From Deltaproteobacteria bacterium (GTDB lineage Bacteria > Desulfobacterota > Desulfuromonadia > Desulfuromonadales > JAAYDE01), in assembly GCA_016926265.1 (NCBI GenBank), contig JAFGOW010000217.1, positions 11,944 through 75,943 on the forward strand: DNA of 64,000 nucleotides. Direction: 5' to 3'. Under the pieces are notes generated by a model. That model had not been told where the DNA came from and searched no databases. It worked only from the letters and a program-made list of their open reading frames with translations. Positions 48,845-57,975 of this stretch are shown here, piece by piece (position 1 is the first letter of the stretch; each line of letters begins with the position of its first letter). Position numbers and translations under genes: made by a program.

Positions 48845-49733
48845 TCTTGCCAGCTGCATCGATCTGTTTTTGAATCATGGCGCCGTTGAAAGGGGCCTGT
48901 CCCGCAATACCCTGGAAGCCTACGGGCGCGATCTGAGCCGTTACCTTGGCTTCCTGGAGGAAGAGCAGATCAAGAATCCAGAAGCGATCGCTCCGCCCTT
49001 GATTGTCGCTTACCTGGGGCGTCTGGGCAGGGAAGGCCTCGGGCCCCGCAGCCGCGCGCGGGCGCTGGTGGCGTTGCGCATGTTTCACAAATTTCTTGCC
49101 GCCGAGGGGATCACCCCGGCCAACCCCGCCGCCCGGGTGGAATCGCCTCATACCATTCAAAGTCTGCCCCACGTTCTGACCTGCCAGGAGGTTGAAAGGC
49201 TGCTGGCGGTAGCCGGCGAGGAAACCCCTCTGGCGCAGCGGGACCGGGCCATGCTCGAGCTCCTCTACGCGACCGGGCTCCGGGTCTCGGAACTGGTGGG
49301 GCTACGTTTTCAGGATCTGGAACTGGTGGGAGGGTACCTAAGGGCTTTCGGCAAACGCAACAAACAGCGCATCGTCCCCATCGGAGAGACGGCAATCGAG
49401 GTTCTGCGTCTTTATCTGGAAGGGGGCCGGGAACGGCTGCGCAAGGCTTTCAGCGGCGATTTTCTGTTTCTCAACCCGCTCGGGAAGTGCTTGACACGCC
49501 AAGGCTTCTGGAAGATGATAAAACGCCGCGCCCGGGAGGCCGGAATCCCCAAAAACATCACCCCGCACACCCTGCGCCACTCCTTTGCGACCCATCTGCT
49601 GGAGAACGGCGCTGATCTCAGGTCGGTGCAGACGATGCTGGGGCATGCCGACATCTCCACGGTTCAGATCTATACCCATGTCACCCGCGAGCGGCTCAGG
49701 AAAGTTCATGAACAATACCATCCCCGCGGCTGA
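48837..49733 (+). CDS. xerD: Site-specific tyrosine recombinase XerD
   Basis: Near full-length similarity to E. coli XerD as I recall it (LYATGLRVSELVGL, HTLRHSFATHLLENGADLRSVQTMLGHADISTVQIYTHV). GTG start overlapping the glnD end. Confidence 0.9.
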   Translation: MPDLASCIDLFLNHGAVERGLSRNTLEAYGRDLSRYLGFLEEEQIKNPEAIAPPLIVAYLGRLGREGLGPRSRARALVALRMFHKFLAAEGITPANPAARVESPHTIQSLPHVLTCQEVERLLAVAGEETPLAQRDRAMLELLYATGLRVSELVGLRFQDLELVGGYLRAFGKRNKQRIVPIGETAIEVLRLYLEGGRERLRKAFSGDFLFLNPLGKCLTRQGFWKMIKRRAREAGIPKNITPHTLRHSFATHLLENGADLRSVQTMLGHADISTVQIYTHVTRERLRKVHEQYHPRG

Positions 49734-49778
49734 CCGGGTGGCGCCGCAGGTTTCCTCGATCCGTTGGAGTGAAAAAGG

Positions 49779-51047
49779 ATGAAATACCTCGTCCTGTTGG
49801 GCGACGGCATGGCCGATGAACCTCTGGCGGAGCTGGGGGGGAAAACCCCGCTGGAATACGCCGCCACCCCTTGCATGGATCGGCTCGCCCGCCTTGGTGA
49901 AACCGGACTGGTGAGGACCGTCCCCGAAGGGTTTCCGCCTGGCAGCGACGTCGCCAATCTCTCCGTGTTCGGCTATGATCCCAAGGAATACTATACTGGG
50001 CGCTCGCCCCTGGAGGCCGCCAGCATGGGGGTTTCCCTGGCGCCGGACGATGTCGCCTTCCGCCTCAATCTGGTTCATTTGGAGATCCGCGACGACCAGT
50101 TTTTCATGGGGGATTTTTCCGCCGGCCATATCTCCACCCCGGAAGCCGCCGAGCTGATCCAGACTCTGCAACGGGATTTCGGCGGCGGCAAGTTCAATTT
50201 TTATCCAGGTGTTTCCTACCGGCATCTAATGGTCTGGAAAGGGGGGAGGGATGATCTCCGGCTGACGCCGCCTCACGACATCACCCACCAGGAGATTGCC
50301 CCCCATCTGCCACAGGGAAAGGGAGCGCAGCAACTGCTCTTGCTGATGAACTCCGCGATGCTGCTGTTTTCCGAACATCCCATCAACCAAAAACGGCTGC
50401 AGGCCGGCAAACGGCCCGCCAATGCCATCTGGCTCTGGGGGCAGGGGAGAGCGCCGCGGCTGGCCACTTTCCGGGATCGTTTCGGGATCAGCGGCGCCGT
50501 CATTTCCGCTGTCGATCTCATCAAAGGGATCGGGGTCTGTGCCGGGCTGGACGTGATCGAAGTCCCCGGCGCCACCGGCTATCTGGACACCAACTTTACC
50601 GGCAAAGCCGAATATGCGTTGGATGCCTTGAAATCAAGGGACTTTATCTATCTTCACGTGGAGGCGCCCGACGAAGCGTCCCATGAGGGGAGCCTTGAAA
50701 AGAAGCTCAAGGCCATCGAGGATTTCGACCGGCTGGTGGTCGGCAGGATCATGGAGGGGATGGAAGGATTCGATGAATTCCGGGTCGCCGTGCTTCCCGA
50801 CCATCCGACACCCATTCGCCGCATGACCCACTCCGAGGGCCCGGTACCCTATATCCTCTACGGTTCCTCGGGAGAATTTACCTCTCCGTGCCCCGTTGCC
50901 GGATATGGCGAAAGGGCCGCAAAAGGCACCGGACTCTACCTGGAGCAGGGGCATCTGCTGCTTTCAAGGATGGTTCATGGGCCCCAAAAAAATAAAGAAA
51001 AAACATCCTGTTGTAAAATTAATGTTGAGGTTTTGCATCAACAATGA
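49779..51047 (+). CDS. apgM: Cofactor-independent phosphoglycerate mutase, archaeal-type (ApgM family; alternatively proposed homoserine kinase)
   Basis: MKYLVLLGDGMADEP N-terminus and the YLHVEAPDEASHEG metal-binding motif. Confidence 0.87.
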   Translation: MKYLVLLGDGMADEPLAELGGKTPLEYAATPCMDRLARLGETGLVRTVPEGFPPGSDVANLSVFGYDPKEYYTGRSPLEAASMGVSLAPDDVAFRLNLVHLEIRDDQFFMGDFSAGHISTPEAAELIQTLQRDFGGGKFNFYPGVSYRHLMVWKGGRDDLRLTPPHDITHQEIAPHLPQGKGAQQLLLLMNSAMLLFSEHPINQKRLQAGKRPANAIWLWGQGRAPRLATFRDRFGISGAVISAVDLIKGIGVCAGLDVIEVPGATGYLDTNFTGKAEYALDALKSRDFIYLHVEAPDEASHEGSLEKKLKAIEDFDRLVVGRIMEGMEGFDEFRVAVLPDHPTPIRRMTHSEGPVPYILYGSSGEFTSPCPVAGYGERAAKGTGLYLEQGHLLLSRMVHGPQKNKEKTSCCKINVEVLHQQ

Positions 51048-51122
51048 CTTTCTGTGGGAAGGATCGCTTGACGGCGGCGAAAGCCGCTCCATGAAACCCT
51101 TTTAAAAAATGGAGAGTGCGCG

Positions 51123-51392
51123 ATGACAGTGGTGGCAATTTTGGTTTGGCTCGTGATTCTGGTCGGAACCGCCTATTTGCTGAAAACCTTGATCTTCACC
51201 AAAAATCCCGGGACGGGGAAGGGTTGTTGCGCCGTCTGTGAAGGGAGCGATGGTGGGGAAGAGGGCGCCAAGGCGGCAGAATTCTCCAGTGACGTCATAT
51301 CGAAAAAGAGGGCCCCGGTATCCGATGGGCGGAAGAAAAAATCCCCGGCCACCGAGGAAAAAAAGCCGGAGGGCGAGGAAGCTGAAGAATAG
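51123..51392 (+). CDS. Small membrane-anchored Cys-rich, Lys/Glu-rich protein (FeoB-associated Cys-rich protein-like)
   Basis: 89 aa. One N-terminal TM, then GKGCCAVCEG, then a charged tail. GGAGAG RBS 7 nt upstream and a strong terminator directly downstream. Confidence 0.55.
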   Translation: MTVVAILVWLVILVGTAYLLKTLIFTKNPGTGKGCCAVCEGSDGGEEGAKAAEFSSDVISKKRAPVSDGRKKKSPATEEKKPEGEEAEE

Positions 51393-51398
51393 TTCCGG

Positions 51399-51422
51399 AA
51401 CCCGCGCCAGCGGGTTTTTTTT
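51399..51422 (+). terminator. Intrinsic terminator
   Basis: AACCCGC-gcca-GCGGGTT followed by T8. Confidence 0.8.
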
Positions 51423-51542
51423 GGGAAAGGGTTCCCGCCGGGAATCCAAAGGGCGTGATCAACACCGTCACAAGTCCCTGTGACTGCTCTCCCCAGACCT
51501 CCCAAAAGGGGGTGACTGAATGCTTCTGGTCGGAAGGAAGAG

Positions 51543-53309
51543 ATGGAAAAGAGACTGTTGTCCGGAAATGAAGCTATCGCACGCGGCGCCTACGAGGCTG
51601 GAGTCACGGTGGCGGCCGGCTATCCCGGTACCCCCTCAACCGAAATACTCGAGGCTTTGAGCCGGCATCGGGATCAGGTTTATTGCGAGTGGGCCCCCAA
51701 TGAAAAAGTGGCTTTCGAGGTCGCCGCCGGCGCCTGTCTGACCGGCGCCCGCTGTCTGGTGACGATGAAACATGTGGGCCTCAACGTGGCGGCCGATCCG
51801 CTGATGACCTTGGCCTACACCGGCGTGGTCGGAGGCCTGGTGGCCTGCGTGGCCGACGATCCCGGTATGCATTCCTCTCAGAACGAACAGGATTCCCGCC
51901 ACTTTGCCCGTTTTGGCAAGGTGCCGCTGCTGGAGCCGGCTGATTCCCAGGAGGCGGCCGATTATACAAAGCTGGCCCTGGAACTTTCGGAACGGCACCG
52001 AACCCCCGTCCTGCTGCGCTCCACGACACGGGTCAGCCATTCGCGGGGACCGGTTTTGCTCGGTGAACGTCATCCCTCCCCCCTGAAAATCGGCTTCGAA
52101 AAAGACCCCCCCCGCTATGTTCCGGTGCCGATCTGGGGGCGCCAGATGCGACTGCGCCTGGAAGAACGCCTGAAAAAATTGGCAGCCGAGGCCGACGGTT
52201 CACCGCTTAATCGGATCGAATGGCGCGACCGGTCGCTGGGGATCATTGCCGGTGGAATCGCCTACCCCTATGTTCGGGAGGCCTTTCCGGAAGCCTCGGT
52301 ATTGAAAATCGGCTGGACCTTTCCGTTCCCCGACGGCAGAATCCGGGAATTCGCCGCCGGCGTCAAGCAACTGCTGATTGTCGAAGAGTTGGACCCGATC
52401 CTTGAAGAGCATGTGCGGTCCCTCGGTATCGACTGTATCGGCAAGGAACTGGTGCCGGCCATCGGGGAGCTTTCCACCACCTTTCTGTCGGATGTCCGGC
52501 GGCAACTGGAAGGAAAAGGAAAATCGGCGCTAACCCCGTTCCCCGAGGCCTGCCTTGACATTCCGGCCCGGCCGCCGGTGCTTTGTGCCGGTTGCCCGCA
52601 TCGGGGGATATTTTATGCCTTGGGGCGCTTTGACGTGGTGGTCACCGGAGATATCGGCTGTTACAGCCTGGCAACCTTCCCTCCCCTGAGCCGGATCGAC
52701 ACCATCCTCTGCATGGGCGGCGGAATCTCCATGGCCCACGGCATGGATCGGGCCGGAAATCCGCGGAAGGTGGTCGGCGTCGTCGGGGATTCCACCTTTT
52801 TCCATTCGGGCATCACCGGTCTTCTGGACATCGCCTACAATCAAGGGACCTCCACCATTATCGTCCTCGACAATCGCACCACGGCCATGACCGGCCATCA
52901 ATGCCATCCCGGCACCGGCATGACCCTGATGGGAACCCAATCTCCCGTCATCTCCATCGAGGAGATCGGCCGCGCCTGCGGCATCGCCAACGTCGTCACC
53001 GTCAATCCCTACCGGCTTGAATCGGTTAAGGAGACCCTCAAAACAGCGCTTGAATCCGATCAGCCGTGGCTGATTGTCGCCAGGGCGGTTTGTCCCCTGG
53101 CCGCCAAGGCCAAAGTCGGTCCGGTGCTTCAGGTCAATCAAGAGCGCTGCATCGGCTGCGGGGCCTGTCTCAAACTCGGGTGTCCGGCCATTGAGGGGGG
53201 AACCGGCAAACCCCAGGTCAATCCTTTGCTGTGCATCGGCTGCGATCTGTGCCGCCAGGTTTGCCCCAAACAGGCCTACGAAGAAAGGAAAGGGGGCGCT
53301 GATGTCTGA
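51543..53309 (+). CDS. iorA: Indolepyruvate ferredoxin oxidoreductase subunit alpha
   Basis: 588 aa. TPP-binding GDIGCY/GDSTFFHSG and C-terminal 2x[4Fe-4S] motifs CIGCGAC...CP and CIGCDLC...CP. Confidence 0.92.
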   Translation: MEKRLLSGNEAIARGAYEAGVTVAAGYPGTPSTEILEALSRHRDQVYCEWAPNEKVAFEVAAGACLTGARCLVTMKHVGLNVAADPLMTLAYTGVVGGLVACVADDPGMHSSQNEQDSRHFARFGKVPLLEPADSQEAADYTKLALELSERHRTPVLLRSTTRVSHSRGPVLLGERHPSPLKIGFEKDPPRYVPVPIWGRQMRLRLEERLKKLAAEADGSPLNRIEWRDRSLGIIAGGIAYPYVREAFPEASVLKIGWTFPFPDGRIREFAAGVKQLLIVEELDPILEEHVRSLGIDCIGKELVPAIGELSTTFLSDVRRQLEGKGKSALTPFPEACLDIPARPPVLCAGCPHRGIFYALGRFDVVVTGDIGCYSLATFPPLSRIDTILCMGGGISMAHGMDRAGNPRKVVGVVGDSTFFHSGITGLLDIAYNQGTSTIIVLDNRTTAMTGHQCHPGTGMTLMGTQSPVISIEEIGRACGIANVVTVNPYRLESVKETLKTALESDQPWLIVARAVCPLAAKAKVGPVLQVNQERCIGCGACLKLGCPAIEGGTGKPQVNPLLCIGCDLCRQVCPKQAYEERKGGADV

Positions 53310-53904
53310 TACAGGGGTGGTCAGCGTGGTGCTGGCCGGAGTCGGCGGCCAGGGGATTCTCCTGGCCAGCGAAATCATCGCCGAAGCGGCCTTGCTTTCC
53401 GGTCTCGATGTCAAAACCAACGAGGTGCACGGCATGGCGCAACGGGGCGGCTCGGTGATCGCCCAGATCCGTTTCGGGCCAGAGGTGTTCAGCCCGCTGG
53501 TCCCGGAAGGGTCGGCGCGGGTATTGGCCGCGCTCGAAAAGATCGAGGCGTTGCGCTACTATCGGCATCTGGCCCCTGATGGGGTGGCGGTCGTCAGCAC
53601 CCAGGAAATCATTCCGGTCAGCGTCTCCTCGGGACAGGCCGTCTATCCCGCGGATGCCGAGTTTCGCCTCAGGAAGGTCTTTCCCCGCCTGGTGCTGCTC
53701 GACGCCCTGGAGGTAGCCGGCGGACTCTCTTCGCCCCGATCGGCCAACGTGGTCGTCATCGGAGCCGTTTCCCATTTTCTCGGCTTGGGCGAGGAGGCCT
53801 GGATGGAAGCCTTGAAACGGCGCGTCAAACCCGCCTTCCTGGAAGCCAACCGGCGGGCCTTTGCGGCCGGCCGAGCCCTGGCCCAAGCCTGCCGATTCCT
53901 GTGA
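53302..53904 (+). CDS. iorB: Indolepyruvate ferredoxin oxidoreductase subunit beta
   Basis: VVLAGVGGQGILLAS...GMAQRGGSV. Start at the internal ATG overlapping the iorA end. Confidence 0.9.
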   Translation: MSDTGVVSVVLAGVGGQGILLASEIIAEAALLSGLDVKTNEVHGMAQRGGSVIAQIRFGPEVFSPLVPEGSARVLAALEKIEALRYYRHLAPDGVAVVSTQEIIPVSVSSGQAVYPADAEFRLRKVFPRLVLLDALEVAGGLSSPRSANVVVIGAVSHFLGLGEEAWMEALKRRVKPAFLEANRRAFAAGRALAQACRFL

Positions 53905-53920
53905 AGGCCGGAGAAAAGAG

Positions 53921-54340
53921 ATGACCCGGGTCGCCTTCGTCAAGCTGGAAAAACCTGAAAAAGCCCGCTACTGCTGCCTGTTGGCGGAAAAATTTTTTCA
54001 GGAGGGACGGCGCGTCCTGGTCGTGGTACGGGATCAAGAACAGGGCCAGCAGCTCGACAAGTTCCTCTGGACCTGGCGCAAGGCGTCCTTTATTCCCCAT
54101 CGTCTCGTGGCTGGAAACGGGGATCTCGATCCGGAACCGGTGCTCATCGCCGTTACCCCTCCTGCCGAGGGCCGCGGGGAGATCCTGATCATGGCCCGGC
54201 CTTGTCCCGTCGATTTCATCCGCGGTTTTGACCTGGCCTTCGATTTCGCCGAAGTTTACGATCCACAACTCCAAAACGAAAGCCGCCGCCGTTTCCTCCA
54301 TTTTCGGGAAGCCGGACTTGACCCCTTCATGTATCAATAA
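53921..54340 (+). CDS. holC: DNA polymerase III subunit chi
   Basis: The pattern RYCCLLAEKFFQEGRRVLVVV...QLDKFLWTWRKASFIPH parallels E. coli HolC (GKRVLIAC..LDEALW..SFVPH). Confidence 0.8.
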   Translation: MTRVAFVKLEKPEKARYCCLLAEKFFQEGRRVLVVVRDQEQGQQLDKFLWTWRKASFIPHRLVAGNGDLDPEPVLIAVTPPAEGRGEILIMARPCPVDFIRGFDLAFDFAEVYDPQLQNESRRRFLHFREAGLDPFMYQ

Positions 54341-55088
54341 CGGCGGCGTTGAAAGCCTGATCCTCCTTCCGGAAACGCCCTTTCCGGGGCGGGAAATCCT
54401 CTGTGCCGGCCCGGTCCTGGAAAGGCTGGGGCGGTGGCGGGCCCGCGCCGGGGAAGTGTTCACGGTTTGCGATCCTCAGGGGCGTTTTTTCAGGGGCCGT
54501 TTGACCTTCCTGAATCCTTCCGAAGCCGGGCTGATGGTCTTTGCCCCTTTCCCCTTTTCCCCGGAATCCCCGCTTCGGCTCGATCTGTACCAAGCCTTGC
54601 CGCAGCGGGAGCGTTTTGAACTGATTTTGGAAAAGGCCACTGAACTCGGAGTATCCCGGATTGTTCCTTATGTGTCGGCCCATTCCATCACGCTGGAGGA
54701 ACGGGATGCCCGCCAACGGAAATCTCATCGTTGGCCGGAATTGCTGTTGCGGGCCGCCAAACAGTGCCGGCGGGCCATGATCCCCGAGCTCTTCCCGGTC
54801 CTGGGCTGGACCGAGGCGCTGCGGGAGGCGGCCCGATCCGGCTGCCTTTTGATCTGCTCCGAGAAGGAGAGCGGCCACCGGCTGCGGGAACGGATCGAGG
54901 CCGCCGGCAAGCCCCGGCACGTTTCCCTCCTGGTCGGGCCGGAAGGGGGGTTTGACGCCGAGGAAATGGCTCTCGCCCAAAAAGAAGGCGGCCTTCCCGT
55001 TTCGCTCGGCGGCCGCATCCTTCGCACCGAAACGGCGGCCGTGCTTGCCGCCGCCCTGGTACAGCACCTTTTGGGGGATCTCGGGTGA
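54318..55088 (+). CDS. rsmE: 16S rRNA (uracil1498-N3)-methyltransferase RsmE
   Basis: PUA-like N-terminus, then SPOUT motifs (LLVGPEGGF, LGGRILRTETA). Start uncertain: TTG at 54318 is preceded by GGGAAG, and the only in-frame ATG (54228) overlaps holC by 113 nt. Confidence 0.78.
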   Translation: MTPSCINNGGVESLILLPETPFPGREILCAGPVLERLGRWRARAGEVFTVCDPQGRFFRGRLTFLNPSEAGLMVFAPFPFSPESPLRLDLYQALPQRERFELILEKATELGVSRIVPYVSAHSITLEERDARQRKSHRWPELLLRAAKQCRRAMIPELFPVLGWTEALREAARSGCLLICSEKESGHRLRERIEAAGKPRHVSLLVGPEGGFDAEEMALAQKEGGLPVSLGGRILRTETAAVLAAALVQHLLGDLG

Positions 55089-55115
55089 TCTTTTTTTGTT
55101 AAGGACCGGCTCGAA

Positions 55116-55868
55116 ATGAGGATGAAAAATCTCAGTGTAGTGCTGGTGGAACCTCAGGGAGCGCTGAACATCGGCTCGGTCTGCCGAGTGATGATGAACT
55201 TCGGCTGTTCGGATCTGCGGCTGGTCAATCCCCAGGCCGATCCCTACAGCGAAGATGTGCGGCGCATGGCGTTGAAGGCCTTTTCCATCCTGGAGCAGGC
55301 CACCGTTCACGGCTCGTTGGAAAAAGCCCTGAAAGACTGCCTGATCGCTCTGGGGACCACCCGCCGATTCGGAAAATACCGCCAGGATTTCCTCCACCCC
55401 GACCAGGCCGCCTCTCTGATAGCGCCGGTTCTCGCCACCGGACGGGTCGCTCTGGTTTTCGGGCGCGAAGACAAGGGGCTTCGGACCGGGGAGCTCGATC
55501 TTTGCCAACGGCTCGTCACCATCCCCGCCTCCGAAGAATTTCCCTCCCTCAACCTCGCCCAGGCCGTGGGCCTTTGCCTTTATGAAATAGGCCGCGCCGT
55601 GGTGGCGTCATCAGGGAAACCGAACCAGGGGAAACGGCTCGCCTCCAACAACGAACTGGAGGAGATGTTTGGCCATATGGGCCAGGGGCTGCTGGAGTCC
55701 GGTTTTCTCAATCCGCAGAATCCCCATCACCTCATGCACACCCTCCGGCGGATTTTTGGGAGGGCCGGCCTCGACTCCAGGGAGGTGAGGATCCTGAGGG
55801 GACTGTGGCAACACCTGCGGTGGCTGGAAGGGGAGCGCCGGAAACTCTCCGGTGATGAAATAAAGTGA
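55116..55868 (+). CDS. trmJ: SpoU/TrmH-family RNA 2'-O-methyltransferase (TrmJ-like)
   Basis: VVLVEPQGALNIGSVCRVMMNFG, VFGREDKGL, LNLAQAV motifs. Confidence 0.85.
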   Translation: MRMKNLSVVLVEPQGALNIGSVCRVMMNFGCSDLRLVNPQADPYSEDVRRMALKAFSILEQATVHGSLEKALKDCLIALGTTRRFGKYRQDFLHPDQAASLIAPVLATGRVALVFGREDKGLRTGELDLCQRLVTIPASEEFPSLNLAQAVGLCLYEIGRAVVASSGKPNQGKRLASNNELEEMFGHMGQGLLESGFLNPQNPHHLMHTLRRIFGRAGLDSREVRILRGLWQHLRWLEGERRKLSGDEIK

Positions 55869-57196
55869 CGGAACATCTTCCGGAGTTGGAGATCGAATCC
55901 CTGGCCTACAACGGCTATGGGGTGGGGAGATGGGAAGGAAAAGTGGTCTTCATCCCCCTGACCGCGCCGGGGGATCGGGTTCGATTCCGGATTCTTCAAG
56001 AGCAGAAAAACCTCTGTTTCGGGGAAATAGCGGAAATGGTTGCCCCTTCTTCCCAGCGGCGGTCCCCGCCGTGCCCCGTGTTCGGCCAATGCGGGGGCTG
56101 TCATTGGCAACACCTTCCCTATCCGATCCAGGTCGCCTGGAAGGAGTCGATTTTCAAGGATCAGCTCCGTCGCCACGGAGGGGTGGCCGAAAACGCTTTT
56201 TCCGCCGCGGTGGCGGCTCCGGCGGAATGGGGCTACCGGAGCCGGGTGCAGTTCAAATGCCGCCTGACCGAAAAGGGATTTGTGGCGGGTTTTTTTCGGC
56301 GCCAGAGCCATTTTGTGATCGACATCGTGGGATGTCCGCTGGCCGATCCGGTAATCAATGCCACCCTTGACCGCTGTCGCCGCCGAATCTCGGGTTTGGC
56401 CCTGGCCGACCGGATCCCCCAGATCGATATCTCTTCCGACGAGGAAGGGCGGGTGCGGGTGGTTGTCCACCAACTCTCCCAGGAGGCCAACCGGCTGGCG
56501 CAAACCCTTCGCCCCGAATGGGAAGGGGAGGGTGTTTCGGTGTACCTTCAGTCCGGGCGCAACCATACCCTGCGTCGTCTCGGCGGAGAGGATCGGCTGG
56601 CCCTTTTCCCTCTCCCCTCCCGGCGGGCGCTTCGTCTCGGCTACGAGGCCGGCTGTTTTTCCCAGGTCAATGCCGCCGCCAACCGGAACCTGGTCGCCGA
56701 ACTGGTTTCACTGGCGGGCCTGACGGGGAAAGAGCGGGTTGTCGACCTCTTTTGCGGCGTCGGCAACCTCACCTTTCCGCTGGCTCGCAGCGCCGGTGAA
56801 GTCATCGGGATCGAAAATTACCCGGCCGCCGTGGAGTCGGCGCATCGCAACGCCGCCGCCAACGGCATCGGGAATGTCCGCTTTTTTCAAGGGGATGCCA
56901 ATCGGGAGGGCAATCTGTTGGACACCTTGGGAAAAATCGACCTGGCCGTTCTCGATCCCCCCCGTGAAGGGGCTTTCCGGGCCATCAAAAGCCTGCTCCG
57001 ACTCCAGGTGCCGAGAATTCTCTACGTTTCCTGCAATCCTTCGACCCTGGCCCGCGACCTGGTCCCCCTGCTCCACGCGGGATACGAGGTGACCCTCGCC
57101 AGGGCCTACGACTTTTTTCCCCAAACCTTCCATATCGAAGGCCTGGTTCATCTTCAACGGAGGAGCAAATCCCCCGGCTCGGAGCCAAAGGGATAA
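55865..57196 (+). CDS. rlmD: 23S rRNA (uracil-5)-methyltransferase RlmD/RumA family
   Basis: TRAM domain, Fe-S cysteines CPVFGQCGGCHWQH, SAM motif DLFCGVGN, catalytic YVSCNPSTLARD. GTG start overlapping the trmJ stop. Confidence 0.85.
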   Translation: MTEHLPELEIESLAYNGYGVGRWEGKVVFIPLTAPGDRVRFRILQEQKNLCFGEIAEMVAPSSQRRSPPCPVFGQCGGCHWQHLPYPIQVAWKESIFKDQLRRHGGVAENAFSAAVAAPAEWGYRSRVQFKCRLTEKGFVAGFFRRQSHFVIDIVGCPLADPVINATLDRCRRRISGLALADRIPQIDISSDEEGRVRVVVHQLSQEANRLAQTLRPEWEGEGVSVYLQSGRNHTLRRLGGEDRLALFPLPSRRALRLGYEAGCFSQVNAAANRNLVAELVSLAGLTGKERVVDLFCGVGNLTFPLARSAGEVIGIENYPAAVESAHRNAAANGIGNVRFFQGDANREGNLLDTLGKIDLAVLDPPREGAFRAIKSLLRLQVPRILYVSCNPSTLARDLVPLLHAGYEVTLARAYDFFPQTFHIEGLVHLQRRSKSPGSEPKG

Positions 57197-57274
57197 AAGG
57201 GCTTCGGGCGGTTATTTTTATCCTTGCTTTTTCCCGGCTTCAATGTTAGAAAAAAAGATGTTTTGGGTAGTCGT

Positions 57275-57303
57275 AAAAGTGAGTTGCACGCTCACTTTTT
57301 TTT
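57275..57303 (+). terminator. Intrinsic terminator after rlmD
   Basis: AAAAGTGAG-ttgcacg-CTCACTTTT followed by further Ts. The stem is short and A/T-flanked. Confidence 0.6.
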
Positions 57304-57332
57304 ATTCCTGCGGTTAAATTTTAAAAACGGCC

Positions 57333-57824
57333 ATGACATTCGGGAACAAGGGAGAAATCGTCGCCCAAGTGGTCCGGCTGGCATCCCCGGTTCTTGAGGA
57401 AAAGGGTTTGGAACTGGTGGACGTGGAGCTTCGCCGCGAGCAGCGTGATCTGGTTCTAACCCTTTTTATCGACCGAGAGGGGGGGGTAACCCTCGACCAC
57501 TGCGCCGATGTGAGCCACGAGGTCGGAACCCTGTTTGATGTCGAGGAGATCATCAGCGGCCCTTACCGGCTCGAGGTTTCCTCCCCAGGGCTTGACCGTC
57601 CCCTCAAAAAGCTAACCGATTTCGAGCGGTTTTGCGGACATCCGGTCAAAATCAAGACCAAGTTTACCTGTGACCCCGATGGTTCCGGACACCCACGGAA
57701 GACCTTTCGGGGGCGGATTGGCCGGATTGATGGGAACCGTGTCCGGCTGCTGATGGAAGGGAAAAACGGGGAAGAGGTCGATTTTCTTTTTGAGGAGATC
57801 GAAAAGGCGAATCTTGAATTCTAG
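57333..57824 (+). CDS. rimP: Ribosome maturation factor RimP
   Basis: LELVDVEL..., YRLEVSSPGLDRPL signature. Upstream of nusA. Confidence 0.9.
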   Translation: MTFGNKGEIVAQVVRLASPVLEEKGLELVDVELRREQRDLVLTLFIDREGGVTLDHCADVSHEVGTLFDVEEIISGPYRLEVSSPGLDRPLKKLTDFERFCGHPVKIKTKFTCDPDGSGHPRKTFRGRIGRIDGNRVRLLMEGKNGEEVDFLFEEIEKANLEF

Positions 57825-57975
57825 CTTGGCCTTCATGTTCCCTTGGTTGTTTTATTAGGGATTTATCAAGAGATTCCATTCGGGGACTCCAAAGAGATAT
57901 TAACTTGACCAACCGGCGCCGCGTGAATGAAACGATTTTTTGCGGAGCTGTCAACATCGGGACGGGGTTTGGGGG

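Noticed and set aside
48837-49733. Tyrosine recombinase as a possible integrase marking a mobile element
   Set aside because: Full-length similarity to chromosomal XerD. It is embedded in a housekeeping operon. There is no flanking tRNA, no att-like repeats and no phage genes.
55961-55995. tRNA T-loop-like string GGGTTCGATTCCGG
   Set aside because: It lies inside the well-supported rlmD TRAM domain coding sequence. The flanking bases do not form T-stem or acceptor-stem pairings.
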